In this document: piece after piece, positions 31,888 to 43,328 of the stretch | Position numbering within the stretch: the first letter of the stretch is position 1 | Layout: each line of letters begins with the position of its first letter | Source: Nitrospirota bacterium | GTDB lineage: Bacteria > Nitrospirota > JACRHJ01 | DNA length: 64,000 bases | Direction of reading: 5' to 3' | NCBI GenBank assembly: GCA_963845245.1 | Contig: CAWJRJ010000021.1 | Coordinates: 64,001-128,000 of the forward strand | The notes under the pieces: model-generated | Databases searched by the model: none | Told to the model about the DNA's origin: nothing | What the model saw: only the letters and a program-made list of their open reading frames with translations | Position numbers and translations under genes: made by a program

Positions 31888-33756
31888 CAGTGAGAGCTCC
31901 AGGTGAAAAATATCAGTATTGCCGCCGCGCCGATCACGGTGGCTATTATATATGCGGACGCGCGGCCGGTCACGGATGTCCTGAGGTAAGTGCCTGCCCC
32001 GGCGAGTGACGAGCCAAGCCCGTCAAGCGCGCCGTCTATCACGCCCTCGTCCACCTTATTCCACAGCATGTCCGCAAACTTTACGAAAGGTTTTACCAAT
32101 ACTGCACTGTAGAGCCAGTCGAGCCGCCATCCGGCAAACAGGAACGACTCAAGTCCGGAGTACCGCGCCGAGATGCGTAGCCGGACGTCAGGCCTTTTTG
32201 AGTAAAGGTAGTATGACAGGACCAGGCCGGCAATGAATACGGCCGAAGTGACTCCAGCGAGTAAGAAGTGCGGCGCCCCTTCTGGAGCAAGGGGGCCTAG
32301 CCCTTGAGAGGCCAGGGCTTTTGAAAGACGTTCTGACCCGCCGAGAAACACAGGCATGTTTATAATCCCGCCCGCAAGACTGAGCAGCGGCAAGGGGTAT
32401 GATCGTAGCCGGCATGATGGCCGGTATCGCGTGAGGTTCACCCTTTGGCTTGTCCAGGAAAACGAGATAGACTACACGGAAGATATAAAGGGTTGTAATC
32501 AGCGCGGTAAGCTCAGCCATGGCCCAAAGGATGTAGTAATAGAGCGTGCCCTGCGAAAAGACCGCCGTCAGGATGTCGTCCTTGCTGAAGAACCCGGCAG
32601 TGCCCGGGGCAGCCGCAAGCGCGATCGCTCCGGCAAGGAAGCTCCAAAAGACAACCGGCATCCTGGCGGCCAGGCCGCCCATCTTGAAGATGTCGTGTTC
32701 CTCGTGCATCGCCTGTATCACGCAGCCCGCGCCCATGAACAGCAGGGCCTTGAAGAAGGCATGCGTTATCAGATGGAACAGCGACGCGCCCACCGAGCCC
32801 GCGCCCACCGCAAGGGCCATGTAACCTATCTGGCTGATGGTGGAGTAGGCAAGAACCTTCTTTATGTCCCTCTGTACGAGCGCGACGGTGGCGGCATAGA
32901 GTGCCGTAACGGCACCCACGCCCGCTATAACGGCCATTGCCGTTTTTGACATGCTGATTACCGGGAACAGCCTCATCAGCAGGTATATGCCGGCCGTGAC
33001 CATCGTGGCGGCGTGTATGAGGGCGGAGACCGGCGTCGGGCCCGCCATCGCGTCCGGGAGCCAGACGGTAAGCGGCAACTGAGCGGACTTGCCAGCCGCC
33101 CCGAAGAGCAAGAGCAGGCCGATAAACGTAGCGGTTGCAACTGGCATCGTGGCCTGTGCGGCGGCGTTGATATCGGATGTGTTTGTCGTACCTGCAAAGT
33201 ACGAAAGCCATATGATAGCCATTCCGAATGCAACGTCGCCTATGCGCGTTACGATGAAGGCCTTCCTGCCCGCGTTTGCGTTGGCTATGTCGGAATACCA
33301 GAAGCCAATCAGGGCATAGGAGCAGAACCCGACCCCCTCCCAGCCTACGAACATCAGCGGTAGGTTGTCGGCAAGCACCAGCAGGAGCATTGAGAAAACG
33401 AAGAGGTTTAAAAGAGTAAAGTATCTGGCATAGCCCGGGTCGTCCTTCATGTACCCGGCGCTATAGACGTGGATCAGGAAGGATACCCCTGTGACCATGA
33501 GGGCCATCGAGGCCGAAAGCACGTCGAGCCGCACACCGATTTGTGCGCTGAACCACGAGAAGGACAGCCAGTCGGCAAAGACGATGTCGGCAGGTGAGCC
33601 GGACATCTGAAACGCGCGTATTGCATAAACGAACGCGGCGCCGACCGATGCGCAGGCGATAATCTCTACTACGCGTCGGTTCAGCTTCCAGCCGACTAAG
33701 CCGTTTATAACCGCGCCCGCAAGCGGCAAGGCCAGTATGTACAGGACAGGGTGCAT
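31887..33756 (-). CDS. nuoL: NADH-quinone oxidoreductase subunit L (frameshift near 32400)
   Basis: GWEGVGFCSYALIGFW, GKSAQLPLTVWLPDAMAGPTPVSALIHAATMV, FHLITHAFFKALLF. Confidence 0.95.
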
Positions 33757-33759
33757 GCG

Positions 33760-34062
33760 TTATCCCTTCATATCGCTGAAGTCGTCAAGGTCCACGCTCC
33801 GCTTCCTCTTCTGCATATAGACGATCATGGCGAGGCCGACCGAGACCTCCGAGGCGGCCATTGCTGCCAGGAACAGGACGAATATCTGGCCGTCCGGCTG
33901 CCCCCACCGCAGGCTCCCGGCGACAAAGGCCAGCCCGGCCGCGTTTATCATAACCTCGACGCCGATGAGTATCATAAGAAGGTTCCTGCGCACCGCGACA
34001 CAGGCCACGCCCAGCGCGAACAGTATGCCTGAGAGGATGAGTATGTGAGTGATGGGCACCAT
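33760..34062 (-). CDS. nuoK: NADH-quinone oxidoreductase subunit K
   Basis: RRNLLMILIGVEVMINAA..AASEVSVGLA. Confidence 0.95.
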   Translation of the reverse strand: MVPITHILILSGILFALGVACVAVRRNLLMILIGVEVMINAAGLAFVAGSLRWGQPDGQIFVLFLAAMAASEVSVGLAMIVYMQKRKRSVDLDDFSDMKG

Positions 34063-34550
34063 CAGTCATGCCTCCCGAGATAGAGCGCCCCGACAAGCGC
34101 GAAAAGAAGGAGAAGCGATACCGCCTCTACCGCAAGCGCCTGTGTATTATAAAGTGCCTTCCCGAAGGCCCTTGGCGTAATGTAGACCGCGCCCGCGGCC
34201 AGTCCGTGCTCGGGTGTTGACGTGAGCAGCAGGGCGGTACAGGCCAGTATCACGGCGGCCAGGGCAGCCGCTGGCCCCCATACCTTCCAGTATGGTGTGA
34301 GCTTTCGCTTGGGCGTGCCCATCTCCAGCATCATCACTATGAACAGGAACAGGACCATTATAGCGCCCGCATAGACAAGCACCTCAAGGGCCGCGATAAG
34401 TGGGGCGCCCATCATGAAAAATATCAGCGCAAGGCAGAAGAACGACAGCACGAGGTACACGACGGCGTGTACCATCTCGCGGCGCGTAATAGCCATGAAG
34501 GTGGCCAGTACGGTTGCGGCAGCCAGAATGTAGAAAACAGTCGCGTTCAA
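34062..34550 (-). CDS. nuoJ: NADH-quinone oxidoreductase subunit J
   Basis: [22 protein letters not shown]. Confidence 0.95.
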   Translation of the reverse strand: MNATVFYILAAATVLATFMAITRREMVHAVVYLVLSFFCLALIFFMMGAPLIAALEVLVYAGAIMVLFLFIVMMLEMGTPKRKLTPYWKVWGPAAALAAVILACTALLLTSTPEHGLAAGAVYITPRAFGKALYNTQALAVEAVSLLLLFALVGALYLGRHD

Positions 34551-35075
34551 GGCATGTTCCCCTTTACGTCCACAGTCGGGTACTCGTCCGGGTTCTCCCC
34601 CTTCGGGTTTACCACGCCGATGCCGGAGTGACGGTAGAAGTTGTAGCCCGGGTATTTGCCCTGGCCGTCGACGAGCAGGTCTTCTTTTTCATAGACCATG
34701 TCAAGGATGTCGTACTTGGTGAACTCGTAATCGGGCGTAAGCTGTATCGCGTACGTCGGGCATGCCTCCTCGCACATCCCGCACAGGATGCACCTGGAGA
34801 AGTTTATGCGAAACCAAGCGGGGTAGCGCCTGCCGTCAGGCTCGCGCTCGACCGACTGCATCGAGATGCATGAGACCGGACATACCGCCGAACAGAGGTA
34901 GCAGGCGACGCAGCGCTCCTCGCCGTCGGGGTCGCGTGTCAGGACTATGCGCCACCTCGCACGTTCAGACAGAGGCTTTTCTCTCTTCTGGGTACTGTAT
35001 GGTTACAGGCCTCCTGAACATCTCTTCCAGAGTTGTGAAGAGTGCCCCGAAGAAACCGGATATGTATTCCATCAT
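34547..35075 (-). CDS. nuoI: NADH-quinone oxidoreductase subunit I (frameshifts)
   Basis: [42 protein letters not shown]. Confidence 0.93.
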
Positions 35076-36079
35076 GCCCCTCCCCAGTGGAAGAAGAGGG
35101 CCAGGAATCCGGTGACGATGATGTTCAAAAGGGACAGCGGGAGCAGGAACTTCCAGCCGAAATGCATAAGCTGGTCGTAGCGGAGCCTTGGGAGGGTTGC
35201 CCGTATCCACATGAAGCCGAACGCTATGAAGGCCGCCTTGAAGAAGAACCAGAACAAAGACAGCCATGCAGGGCCGGGGCCGAGCCAGCCGCCCAGGAAG
35301 AATGTGACGGCGAGGGCGGAGAGGACTATGATGTTGACGTACTCGCCGATGAAGAAGAGGCCGAACCTCATCCCGCTGTACTCGGTGTGGTAGCCCGCCA
35401 CAAGCTCGTTCTCGGCCTCCGGCAGGTCGAACGGTATCCTCTTCGCCTCCGCCGCCACGCTTATGAGGAATATGACGAAGCTGACAGGGGCATATACCAC
35501 GAATGGTACCGGACGCTGTGCGGATATTATGTCGCTCAGACTGAACGAACCCGCAAGCATTATTACCGGCACCAAGGATAGCCCCATCGAAAGCTCGTAG
35601 GATATGAGCTGGGCCGAGCCGCGTATGCCGCCCAGAAGGCTGTACTTCGAGCCGGACGACCAACCGCCGAGCGCGATGCCGTATACGTTCAGGGATGAGA
35701 GCGCAAGGAAATAGAGCACTCCGACGTTGAGGTCGATGACCGGCATGTCGATACGGAACCCTCCGAACATAATGGGCGCGCCGAACGGGACCACCGCAAA
35801 AGACAATAGGACGGTGCCCGCGACTATGCCCGGGGCAATCAGGAAGATCGCCCTGTCCGCCTCGTCCGGTATGACGTCCTCCTTGGTGATAAGCTTTATG
35901 ACGTCGGCAAGCGGCTGCAGGAGGCCAAATGGCCCGACCCTGTTGGGGCCGTACCTGTTTTGTATGCGAGCGAGCACCTTCCTTTCGGCAAGCACCATGT
36001 ATGCCGCAAGCGTCAGGGTGACGAAAAGTATCAGCGCCAGCTTTATTATTATGATTATGATAGGTAAGCCCTGGGTCAT
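35072..36079 (-). CDS. nuoH: NADH-quinone oxidoreductase subunit H
   Basis: ERKVLARIQNRYGPNRVGPFGLLQPLAD, PFDLPEAENELVAGYHTEYSG, PRLRYDQLM. Confidence 0.96.
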   Translation of the reverse strand: MTQGLPIIIIIIKLALILFVTLTLAAYMVLAERKVLARIQNRYGPNRVGPFGLLQPLADVIKLITKEDVIPDEADRAIFLIAPGIVAGTVLLSFAVVPFGAPIMFGGFRIDMPVIDLNVGVLYFLALSSLNVYGIALGGWSSGSKYSLLGGIRGSAQLISYELSMGLSLVPVIMLAGSFSLSDIISAQRPVPFVVYAPVSFVIFLISVAAEAKRIPFDLPEAENELVAGYHTEYSGMRFGLFFIGEYVNIIVLSALAVTFFLGGWLGPGPAWLSLFWFFFKAAFIAFGFMWIRATLPRLRYDQLMHFGWKFLLPLSLLNIIVTGFLALFFHWGGA

Positions 36080-38419
36080 GCCTTGGCCCTTATTGTTATC
36101 TTTTTGCCGGCGAGCCCGGAAACCGGGAATCCCTTGACCTTCGGTGCGATAGCGACGCCCTCTGCCGCCTTGGCGCTTACAGCAAGCCTGCACTCAAGCA
36201 TCGTCCCGCCACTAGATATCTCGACCATCACTCCGGATTCAAGGCCCAGCCGTGCGGCCTCATCTTTATTCAAAAGCACGTACGGCTCCGGCGCGCGAAG
36301 CTGTGTCTTGTCGGAATAGGTCGACAGCTCCTCGGTCCCGAATGTCAGCTCCGTGGATATCAGCGTGAGTGCCGCTCCCCCGGTCTCGGATACGTCCGGC
36401 TTCACCGGCGGGTTGTAAGGCGCTCCCGGTAAAAGCAGTGTCCCATCTCCGGGCAACAGCCCCGTTAAGCGGCGCAAGCGCCGGAAACGCATCTGCCATC
36501 TCGGCCCGTATCGCGGCGGCGGAGGAGGTCAGGAAACATTCAGGCTTCATGATACAGGCAAGCTCCTTTAATGTTTCCCAGACGGGGAGCGAGTGGCCTG
36601 GAACCTCCGCTGAAAATGTCCTGGGCGGGTGCGCGTCCGGCCCCATGTCGTTGATTGGTACGCCGGAAATATACGCCTGACCGAACACCTGTGCCCGGCC
36701 CTCCTGGTTTACGAACGTGCCTTCCTGCTCGGCATATGCCGCTGCGGGCAGGAAGACGTCCGCCCGGCTTGCCGTGTTGCTTGGCAGATAGTCCATGACT
36801 ATAAGGGCGTCGAGCTTTTCGAATGCCTTTGCCACTCTTTCACGGTCTGGGTATTGGCCAAGCGGGTCGGACTCGACAACCACAAGGACCTTGATCCGGC
36901 CCTTTTCGATGCCGTCCAGAAGGGTTTCGAAGTCAGGGCCGTCTCCCGCAAGGGTTGCGGCCCCGAACGAGTTCGGCCCGTACATTATATAGAAGAGCCC
37001 GCAGTCCTTACCTTCCGACCTTGCTGATGCCGTCAGCGAGGCGGCCTTCTCGATAAGCTCCTCACTGCCCACACTCGTGCCGACAATAATCGTGGGCCTA
37101 TCGCCCTTGATGCCATTGGTCGCATCGGTGAGCGTGTCCACAAGCTTATCGGGTGCTACCGGCAGGTGTGTGAACTCAAACGGCAGCGATACCGGTCTAG
37201 GATCTATTACAATTACCGTAGCCCCCTTCCTTGCAGCCTGCCGCATCATAAGGGCAAGCATCGGGGCCTCGTTTACCGGGTCCACGGCCGCGCATATTAT
37301 AAAGTCTGACTCTTCCAACTCTTTCAGAGAGCGGGCAAACTCAGGTTTCAGCATGGATGTCGCAAGCCTGTCCCTACTCTCGCGTTCAGGGTCGGGTGAA
37401 TAGAACACGTTAACAGAGCCAAAGGCGTCCGCGAACTTCTTCATGTAGTATGCATTCTCAAGGGGCATCCTGGGCGAGCCTGTCAATGCGATACTACCGG
37501 CACCATGCCTTAAAATGGCCTCGGATATTTTGTTCGCGGCCTTATCCATTGCATCGGCCAGGTTTGCTTTTTCACCTTTTATCATCGGAAAATAGGGCCT
37601 GTTCTTCCGGCCCGCGAAGCCGTAGCCGAAACGTCCCCTGTCGCAGATGAACCAGCCGTTCACGGTCTGGTTTTCACGCGCCGTTATCTTTACGAGCTTC
37701 CTGTACCTCCCGCCTGGTATGGTGTTGCATCCGAGCGAGCAGTGCGGGCATACCGAAGGCGCAGTCTCCAAATCCCAAGGACGTGCCACGTAATGGTAAG
37801 TCTTGTCCGTGAACACACCCGTCGGGCATACCTCGGCGAGGTTGCCAGCGAATTCGCTTTCAAGCCAGCCTTCCTCGTGTCTGCCGAAAAAAACTTTGTT
37901 TGATATTTTAAGTGTTCCGAAGTCCGTCCCGCCGCAGTAGTCCTGGTAGAACCTGCTGCAACGGTAGCACTGTATGCAGCGGTTCATCTCCTGATAGATG
38001 AACTCGCCCAGGTACTGGCTCTGGTATGTTCGTTTTTTGCCCTTATACCTGCGTATGCCGTGGCCGCCTGCGATGGTATAGTCCTGCAGCAGGCACATAC
38101 CGCCCTCATCGCATACCGGGCAGTCGTGCGGATGGTTCAGCATCAGCCACTCTATTACCATCCTGCGAAGCCTTGCGGCGTCACCATCTGTCGTCGAGAC
38201 GACCATGCCGTCGGCGGCCTTGACCATGCAGCTCACCTGCACCCCTTTAACAGGGCCCTCGATGAACTTCATGGCGCACAGGCGGCACGCCCCCACCGAA
38301 CCAAGGGCTGGGTGGTAGCAGAAGTGGGGGATCACTATCCCGACCTTCTTCGCTGCCTCAAGGACGTTGGTCCCTTCGGCGACCTCCACCTCTATACCAT
38401 CTATAACAAGCTTAGGCAA
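36076..38419 (-). CDS. nuoG: NADH-quinone oxidoreductase subunit G (frameshift near 36450)
   Basis: IPHFCYHPALGSVGACRLC, NHPHDCPVCDEGGMC, MNRCIQCYRC, CPHCSLGC. Confidence 0.95.
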
Positions 38420-38432
38420 AATATAATCCTCT

Positions 38433-38611
38433 ACTGATTATGTAGCCATTGGCTCACGCCCTGTTTGACATTATTGACTAATCTATAGCTCGTAAAGCTA
38501 TGCAGGAAAAACTCGCTTCGCTCAGACAGTTTCCTGCATGGCCGCTTTGCTTCGCCATGATTAGTATCCAACAAAGTCAAAATGTGCGTTCGTCAATAGC
38601 TACATAATAGT
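38433..38611. repeat. ~180-nt imperfect palindromic element (MITE/REP-like) between nuoF and nuoG
   Basis: Ends ATTATGTAGC.ATTG / CAAT.GCTACATAAT; inner arms TTTGAC/GTCAAA, ACTAATC/GATTAGT, ATGCAGGAAA/TTTCCTGCAT; apical ACTCGCTTCGCTCAGACAG. Confidence 0.75.
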
Positions 38612-39885
38612 CACTGAGTTTGCAGTGGACAAGCGTGTAGCTTGATATGTTCTTCTACTTCGTCTCGGAACAGCCTAAGCATACTCTTTACAGGGTCGAC
38701 CGCACCGGGAGCAAATGCACAGAAAGAGTTCGGATATATCACCTCGCAGTTCTCTTCCAGGATGCCGATGTCTTCATGCGTCGCAGTACCTGCCTCTATC
38801 TCTTTTAATATCTCAAGCACAAACGGAAGCCCGTCCCGGCACGGGGTACACCACCCGCATGACTCCCGCGTGAAGAATGTGAGCAGGTTTATCATTACGC
38901 GCACTATGCAGCACTTGTCATCAAGGACGGTAACACATCCGGTGCCGAGCCGTGAGCCCGCCTGCTGCACGGCGTCGAAGTCCATCTCGACATCCAGGTG
39001 GTCGGCAGTGAGTAGCGGCGTCGAGGCCCCGCCCGGAAGGCAGGCCTTGAACTTATAGCCGGGCAACATCCCGCCTGCATGCTCGAATATTATCTCCCTT
39101 AACGGCGTACCAATAGGTAGTTCGAAAAGCCCCGGCCTCTGTACCTTGCCCGATGCGCCGTAGAGCTTTGGCCCGGCCCCGTTCTCTGAGCGGGCAACGC
39201 CTTTCCATGCACCGGCCCCCATCGCTAGTATATGAGGCACGTTCGATATCGTCTCGGCGTTGTTGATTATTGTAGGCCGCATCCACAGCCCGGCTACGGG
39301 CGGGAAAGGCGGCTTCGAGCGTGGGTTGGCCCTCTTGCCCTCCAGGGCGTTCAATAGCGCCGTTTCCTCGCCGCATTCGTACCGGCCTGCGCTACGGTGG
39401 ATCGTTATGTCCATCGAGAAGCCGGAACCTAATATGTTCACCCCGAGGTAGCCCGCATCTTTCGCCTCACTAATCGCGGTTGCAAGCGCCCTTGCCGCTT
39501 CTGCGTATTCATAACGGATGAATATATAGCCGCTTGCTATCCCTGTAGCATATCCCGCTATTATTATTCCTTCGATCAGGGTGTGCGGGTCGTGCTCCAT
39601 TATGAAGCGGTCTTTGAAGGTGCCAGGCTCCATCTCGTCCGCGTTGACTACGAGATACCTGGGGCCCGGCGTCTTCTTCTCAAGGAAACTCCATTTCCTG
39701 CCGGTGAGAAATCCCGCCCCGCCGCGCCCGCGAAGCCCCGAGTTTGTTACGGTCTTTTCGACGTCGGCAGGGGACATCACTATGGCATTCCTCAAGCCCA
39801 CATACCCGCCTGAAGACTCATATTCCTTGAGGCTGGCAGGGTGGCCGAGGTTGAAGTTCCTTGATAAAATAGCCGAAAAAGTCAT
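38611..39885 (-). CDS. nuoF: NADH-quinone oxidoreductase subunit F
   Basis: SGLRGRGGAGF, NADEMEPGTFKDR, YECGEETALL, ESCGWCTPCRDG. Confidence 0.96.
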   Translation of the reverse strand: MTFSAILSRNFNLGHPASLKEYESSGGYVGLRNAIVMSPADVEKTVTNSGLRGRGGAGFLTGRKWSFLEKKTPGPRYLVVNADEMEPGTFKDRFIMEHDPHTLIEGIIIAGYATGIASGYIFIRYEYAEAARALATAISEAKDAGYLGVNILGSGFSMDITIHRSAGRYECGEETALLNALEGKRANPRSKPPFPPVAGLWMRPTIINNAETISNVPHILAMGAGAWKGVARSENGAGPKLYGASGKVQRPGLFELPIGTPLREIIFEHAGGMLPGYKFKACLPGGASTPLLTADHLDVEMDFDAVQQAGSRLGTGCVTVLDDKCCIVRVMINLLTFFTRESCGWCTPCRDGLPFVLEILKEIEAGTATHEDIGILEENCEVIYPNSFCAFAPGAVDPVKSMLRLFRDEVEEHIKLHACPLQTQ

Positions 39886-40184
39886 AATAAATTCATGTTG
39901 TAGATGCAACTTTGCGAGGTCCGCCCGCTTACATTAACAATTAAAGATAACACATTTACCATATAAAGGGAACAGTTCACGCACAGTATATGATATCAGG
40001 GAAAACGAAGGCCCACAAACGGGCCCCGGGCATTTCAAAGCGGGACCAGCGCTTTTGATTTTTCCACATAATTATGATAATATATTAACCAATATGGTTT
40101 GACTCAGGTTGTCCAAAACCAAGACGGTTTATTAGTACCATGCTTTCTGTTGGCATCCAGATGTTTCCGCGGATAGGGGGCGTC

Positions 40185-40633
40185 ATGAAAATATTGGCAT
40201 TGGTACTGGTACTGCTGTTTCTCCTTATTGTTATCCCACCGGCATAGCTCAACCACTCGGCGCGATCGGACACGTCCAAACCCTTAAGGGGATGTCCAGC
40301 ATACTTCGGGATAAAACCGAGCTACCCGCAAAGGTGGGGACGGCTGTCTACCGGGGCGACCTGGTCAGGACTTCAAAGGATGGCGCCGTGGGAATAGTCC
40401 TTGTAGACGATACGACGATTTCCCTTGGGCCCAACAGCGAGCTGTCCATCAAGGATTACGTATTCAACCCTAAAGAGGGGAAATTTGCTTTTCTGGCGCG
40501 TATGGCGAAGGGGACCTTCGCGTATTTCTCAGGGCTTATAGGCAAGCTCGCCCCGGACTCGATCCGTCTGGAAGTCCCGGATGCCACTATCGCAGTGAGG
40601 GGGACCAAGCTGCTGGTAGCCGTCCAGGAATAA
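40185..40633 (+). CDS. Secreted FecR-domain protein (frameshift after the signal peptide)
   Basis: MKILALVLVLLFLL signal at 40185; GDLVRTSKDGAVGIVLVDDTTISLGPNSEL..PDATIAVRGT. Confidence 0.85.
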
Positions 40634-40670
40634 GGCTGGGACGTAACCGTCCATCATATGGGAGGTTTCG

Positions 40671-41279
40671 ATGAGAAGCATTGCAATCGTCATGCTGGCC
40701 GCAGCCTTGTTCCTGCCTGTCATATACGGCTGTTCAACCACGCATTCTGCCGTTGTATTGTCCCAGGACCCTGGTGGGCATGTCGGCAAGGCGGAAGTGG
40801 CTACGGAGGGGGGAAAACAGCTCCTTGAAAAACAAAACGACATGACCACTGTATCCGGCAAGACAAAAACTCCGTCCCCGGTAGTAACTGCTGACCGTAA
40901 ATACATCGATTCGACATTCGGCGAGGTGTTGGCAATCGAACCTCCTCAACCGGAGAAATTTATCCTCTATTTCAAATCGGGTGGCACAGATTTGGTGCCT
41001 GAGTCCCAGACTGAGATCAATGACATCATTGCCTCCATAAAACGGCGCGGTGCAATCAGTGTCAGTGTCACCGGGCATTGCGACTCGGTCGGTTCGGTGC
41101 AGCTAAACGACAAGCTTTCCCTATCCCGTGCCGAGGCGGTAAGGGACCTGCTGATAAAGGACGGCGCCGACCCGGAACGTCTGGCGGTATCTTCGCACGG
41201 CAAAGGCGACCCTCTTGTACCGACTCCTGACGGAGTCGCTGAACCACGAAACCGGCGCGTCGAGGTAATCGTCCGCTAA
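40671..41279 (+). CDS. OmpA-family peptidoglycan-binding lipoprotein
   Basis: Lipobox IYGC; GHCDSVG..NDKLSLSRAEAV..NRRVEV. Confidence 0.92.
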   Translation: MRSIAIVMLAAALFLPVIYGCSTTHSAVVLSQDPGGHVGKAEVATEGGKQLLEKQNDMTTVSGKTKTPSPVVTADRKYIDSTFGEVLAIEPPQPEKFILYFKSGGTDLVPESQTEINDIIASIKRRGAISVSVTGHCDSVGSVQLNDKLSLSRAEAVRDLLIKDGADPERLAVSSHGKGDPLVPTPDGVAEPRNRRVEVIVR

Positions 41280-41291
41280 CAGGGTCAGCAC

Positions 41292-43328
41292 ATGTCCGGC
41301 TCAGCTTTGTCACGCAAACGTTCTCAACGCCTGGCCCCCCTGTGGGATGGGCGTTCCATGTTGATCGCCACAGGGCTTTTTCTGACGCTACTCGTGGCGT
41401 TGCTCTTGATTTTCCCTCCGTTATCCGTGCAGGAGGCTGAACTGCGCCTCTACGACCTCATGCTCTCCGGGCGCGTTACCCAGCCGAAAACCGGTGTCCC
41501 GCTGATCGTGGCGATAGATGATGAAAGCCTTGAAGAATACGGGCAGTGGCCTTGGCCGCGCTACCGGTTGGCGCGTCTTGTAGACCGGCTTGGCGAACTT
41601 GGTGCGGATGTTGTCGCAATTGATATCCTGATGCCGGAGCCGGACCGCACATCGCCAGATGTTATAATGATGGAACGGCGGCGAGACATGGGAATTGCCC
41701 CGTCAACCCATTTCAGTTCCGTCCCGAGAGACACAGGTTCACAACGTCTGGCGCAATCTCTGGAGGAAAGAAAGTCAATCCTAGGCTATCTGTTTACGTT
41801 TTCCGCATCTGCCAGATCCGGGACGGAAAACGTCCCTGCCGTCCCTGCCGGCATGGTCGTGGCCAGCGTGGCTGGAAACGGCGCCGGATGGCCAGTACCT
41901 GCCGGGATGATACGCAGCATACCGGCCCTGACCGAGGCGGCCCATGCCGAAGGTTTCACCAACGCCCAACACGATATTGACGGCGTCCTCCGGCGAGTAC
42001 CTCTATTGCTACACCATAATGGCACATATTATCCTTCACTAGCGCTGGGGGCCATCCTGCTTGCACACCCGGACCGAAGCATCCGTATAATAGACGACTC
42101 GCACGAAACTACGCTGGTATGGGCAAACCATCGCATCCCCCTGGACAGGGGAGGGAACTTCTTTATCGACTTCAGGGAAAAAGGTAAGCCATTCCCATAC
42201 GTCTCTGCAAGGGAGGTACTGGGCGGCAATCTAAAAACAGGAAGCCTGCGGGGGAAAATTGCCGTGGTGGGGGTATTGGCGAAGGGGTTGGGTGATATTC
42301 ACCTTGTGCCGGACGGCAGGCCGATCAATGGCCTTGAGGTCCACGCAACCATCATGGACGATATCTTATCCGGCACCTACATATCCCATCCGGGCTGGGC
42401 AAGAGGCGCCGAACTTTTTGCCGTAATCTTCCTGGGTGTGCTGTGCTCCTGGTTCCTGAGCAGGGTGGGGTTGACCCTCTCTCTCTTCATAGTTGCTACA
42501 GCGACCGGCGGCAGTTATCTGGCCGGCCGGCAGCTGCTTCTTTCAAAAGGCGTTTATATATCGCCTTTGCTGCCGATGCTGACACCGGTTGTGATTATGA
42601 CCGTCCTGAGCCTTTTGAGGTACGGTATCGAGGCTAGAAAGGTGCGACAGCGAAACCGCGACCTTATCGACGCCCAGGATGCGATCATAATAAGCATGTC
42701 CGCGCTCGCCGAGGCCCGCGACAAAGAGACGGGAGGACACATCTTTCGGACCCAGCGCTATGTCGAGACCATAGCCCGGCATCTCTCGACCCTTCCCGGC
42801 CGTAATGGCCTCGATAAGGCGGGAGTCAAACTCATAACAAAATCCGCGCCTCTTCATGATATAGGCAAGGTGGGGATACCCGACCATATATTAAACAAGC
42901 CGGGGCCGCTGACGGATGAAGAGTTCGAAGTCATGAAGACGCATACGCTCATCGGGGCCAGTGCCCTGTCAACTACCATCCGCAGGACCGGGCATCCGGA
43001 AAACCTCGAATTCCTGCACTACGCGCGCCAGATAACCATATCACACCACGAGAAATGGGACGGCAGCGGCTACCCTCATGGCCTGAAAGGGACGGACATA
43101 CCCCTGGCGGGCCGCATTATGGCGCTTGCGGACGTGTACGACGCCCTTATCAGCAACAGGGTGTACAGAGGGGCCCTCCCTCACGAAGAAGCGACTAAAA
43201 TCATCGTGGATGATTCCGGTAAGCGGTTCGACCCTCAGGTGGTCGAGGCATTTTTGGCGAAGAGCAGCGAGTTCATCCGCATAGCCAGGGAATTCTCAGA
43301 CGAAAGCCATGCATTTGCTACGCATTAA
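41292..43328 (+). CDS. CHASE2-domain membrane sensor with HD-GYP phosphodiesterase
   Basis: IDDESLEEYGQWPWPR, DIDGVLRRVPL, GLEVHA, three TM helices, APLHDIGKVGIPD, HHEKWDGSGYP. Confidence 0.93.
   Translation: MSGSALSRKRSQRLAPLWDGRSMLIATGLFLTLLVALLLIFPPLSVQEAELRLYDLMLSGRVTQPKTGVPLIVAIDDESLEEYGQWPWPRYRLARLVDRLGELGADVVAIDILMPEPDRTSPDVIMMERRRDMGIAPSTHFSSVPRDTGSQRLAQSLEERKSILGYLFTFSASARSGTENVPAVPAGMVVASVAGNGAGWPVPAGMIRSIPALTEAAHAEGFTNAQHDIDGVLRRVPLLLHHNGTYYPSLALGAILLAHPDRSIRIIDDSHETTLVWANHRIPLDRGGNFFIDFREKGKPFPYVSAREVLGGNLKTGSLRGKIAVVGVLAKGLGDIHLVPDGRPINGLEVHATIMDDILSGTYISHPGWARGAELFAVIFLGVLCSWFLSRVGLTLSLFIVATATGGSYLAGRQLLLSKGVYISPLLPMLTPVVIMTVLSLLRYGIEARKVRQRNRDLIDAQDAIIISMSALAEARDKETGGHIFRTQRYVETIARHLSTLPGRNGLDKAGVKLITKSAPLHDIGKVGIPDHILNKPGPLTDEEFEVMKTHTLIGASALSTTIRRTGHPENLEFLHYARQITISHHEKWDGSGYPHGLKGTDIPLAGRIMALADVYDALISNRVYRGALPHEEATKIIVDDSGKRFDPQVVEAFLAKSSEFIRIAREFSDESHAFATH

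Noticed and set aside
40148..40166. Sigma54 promoter upstream of the FecR gene
   Set aside because: TGGCA is present but the -12 TGC element is missing
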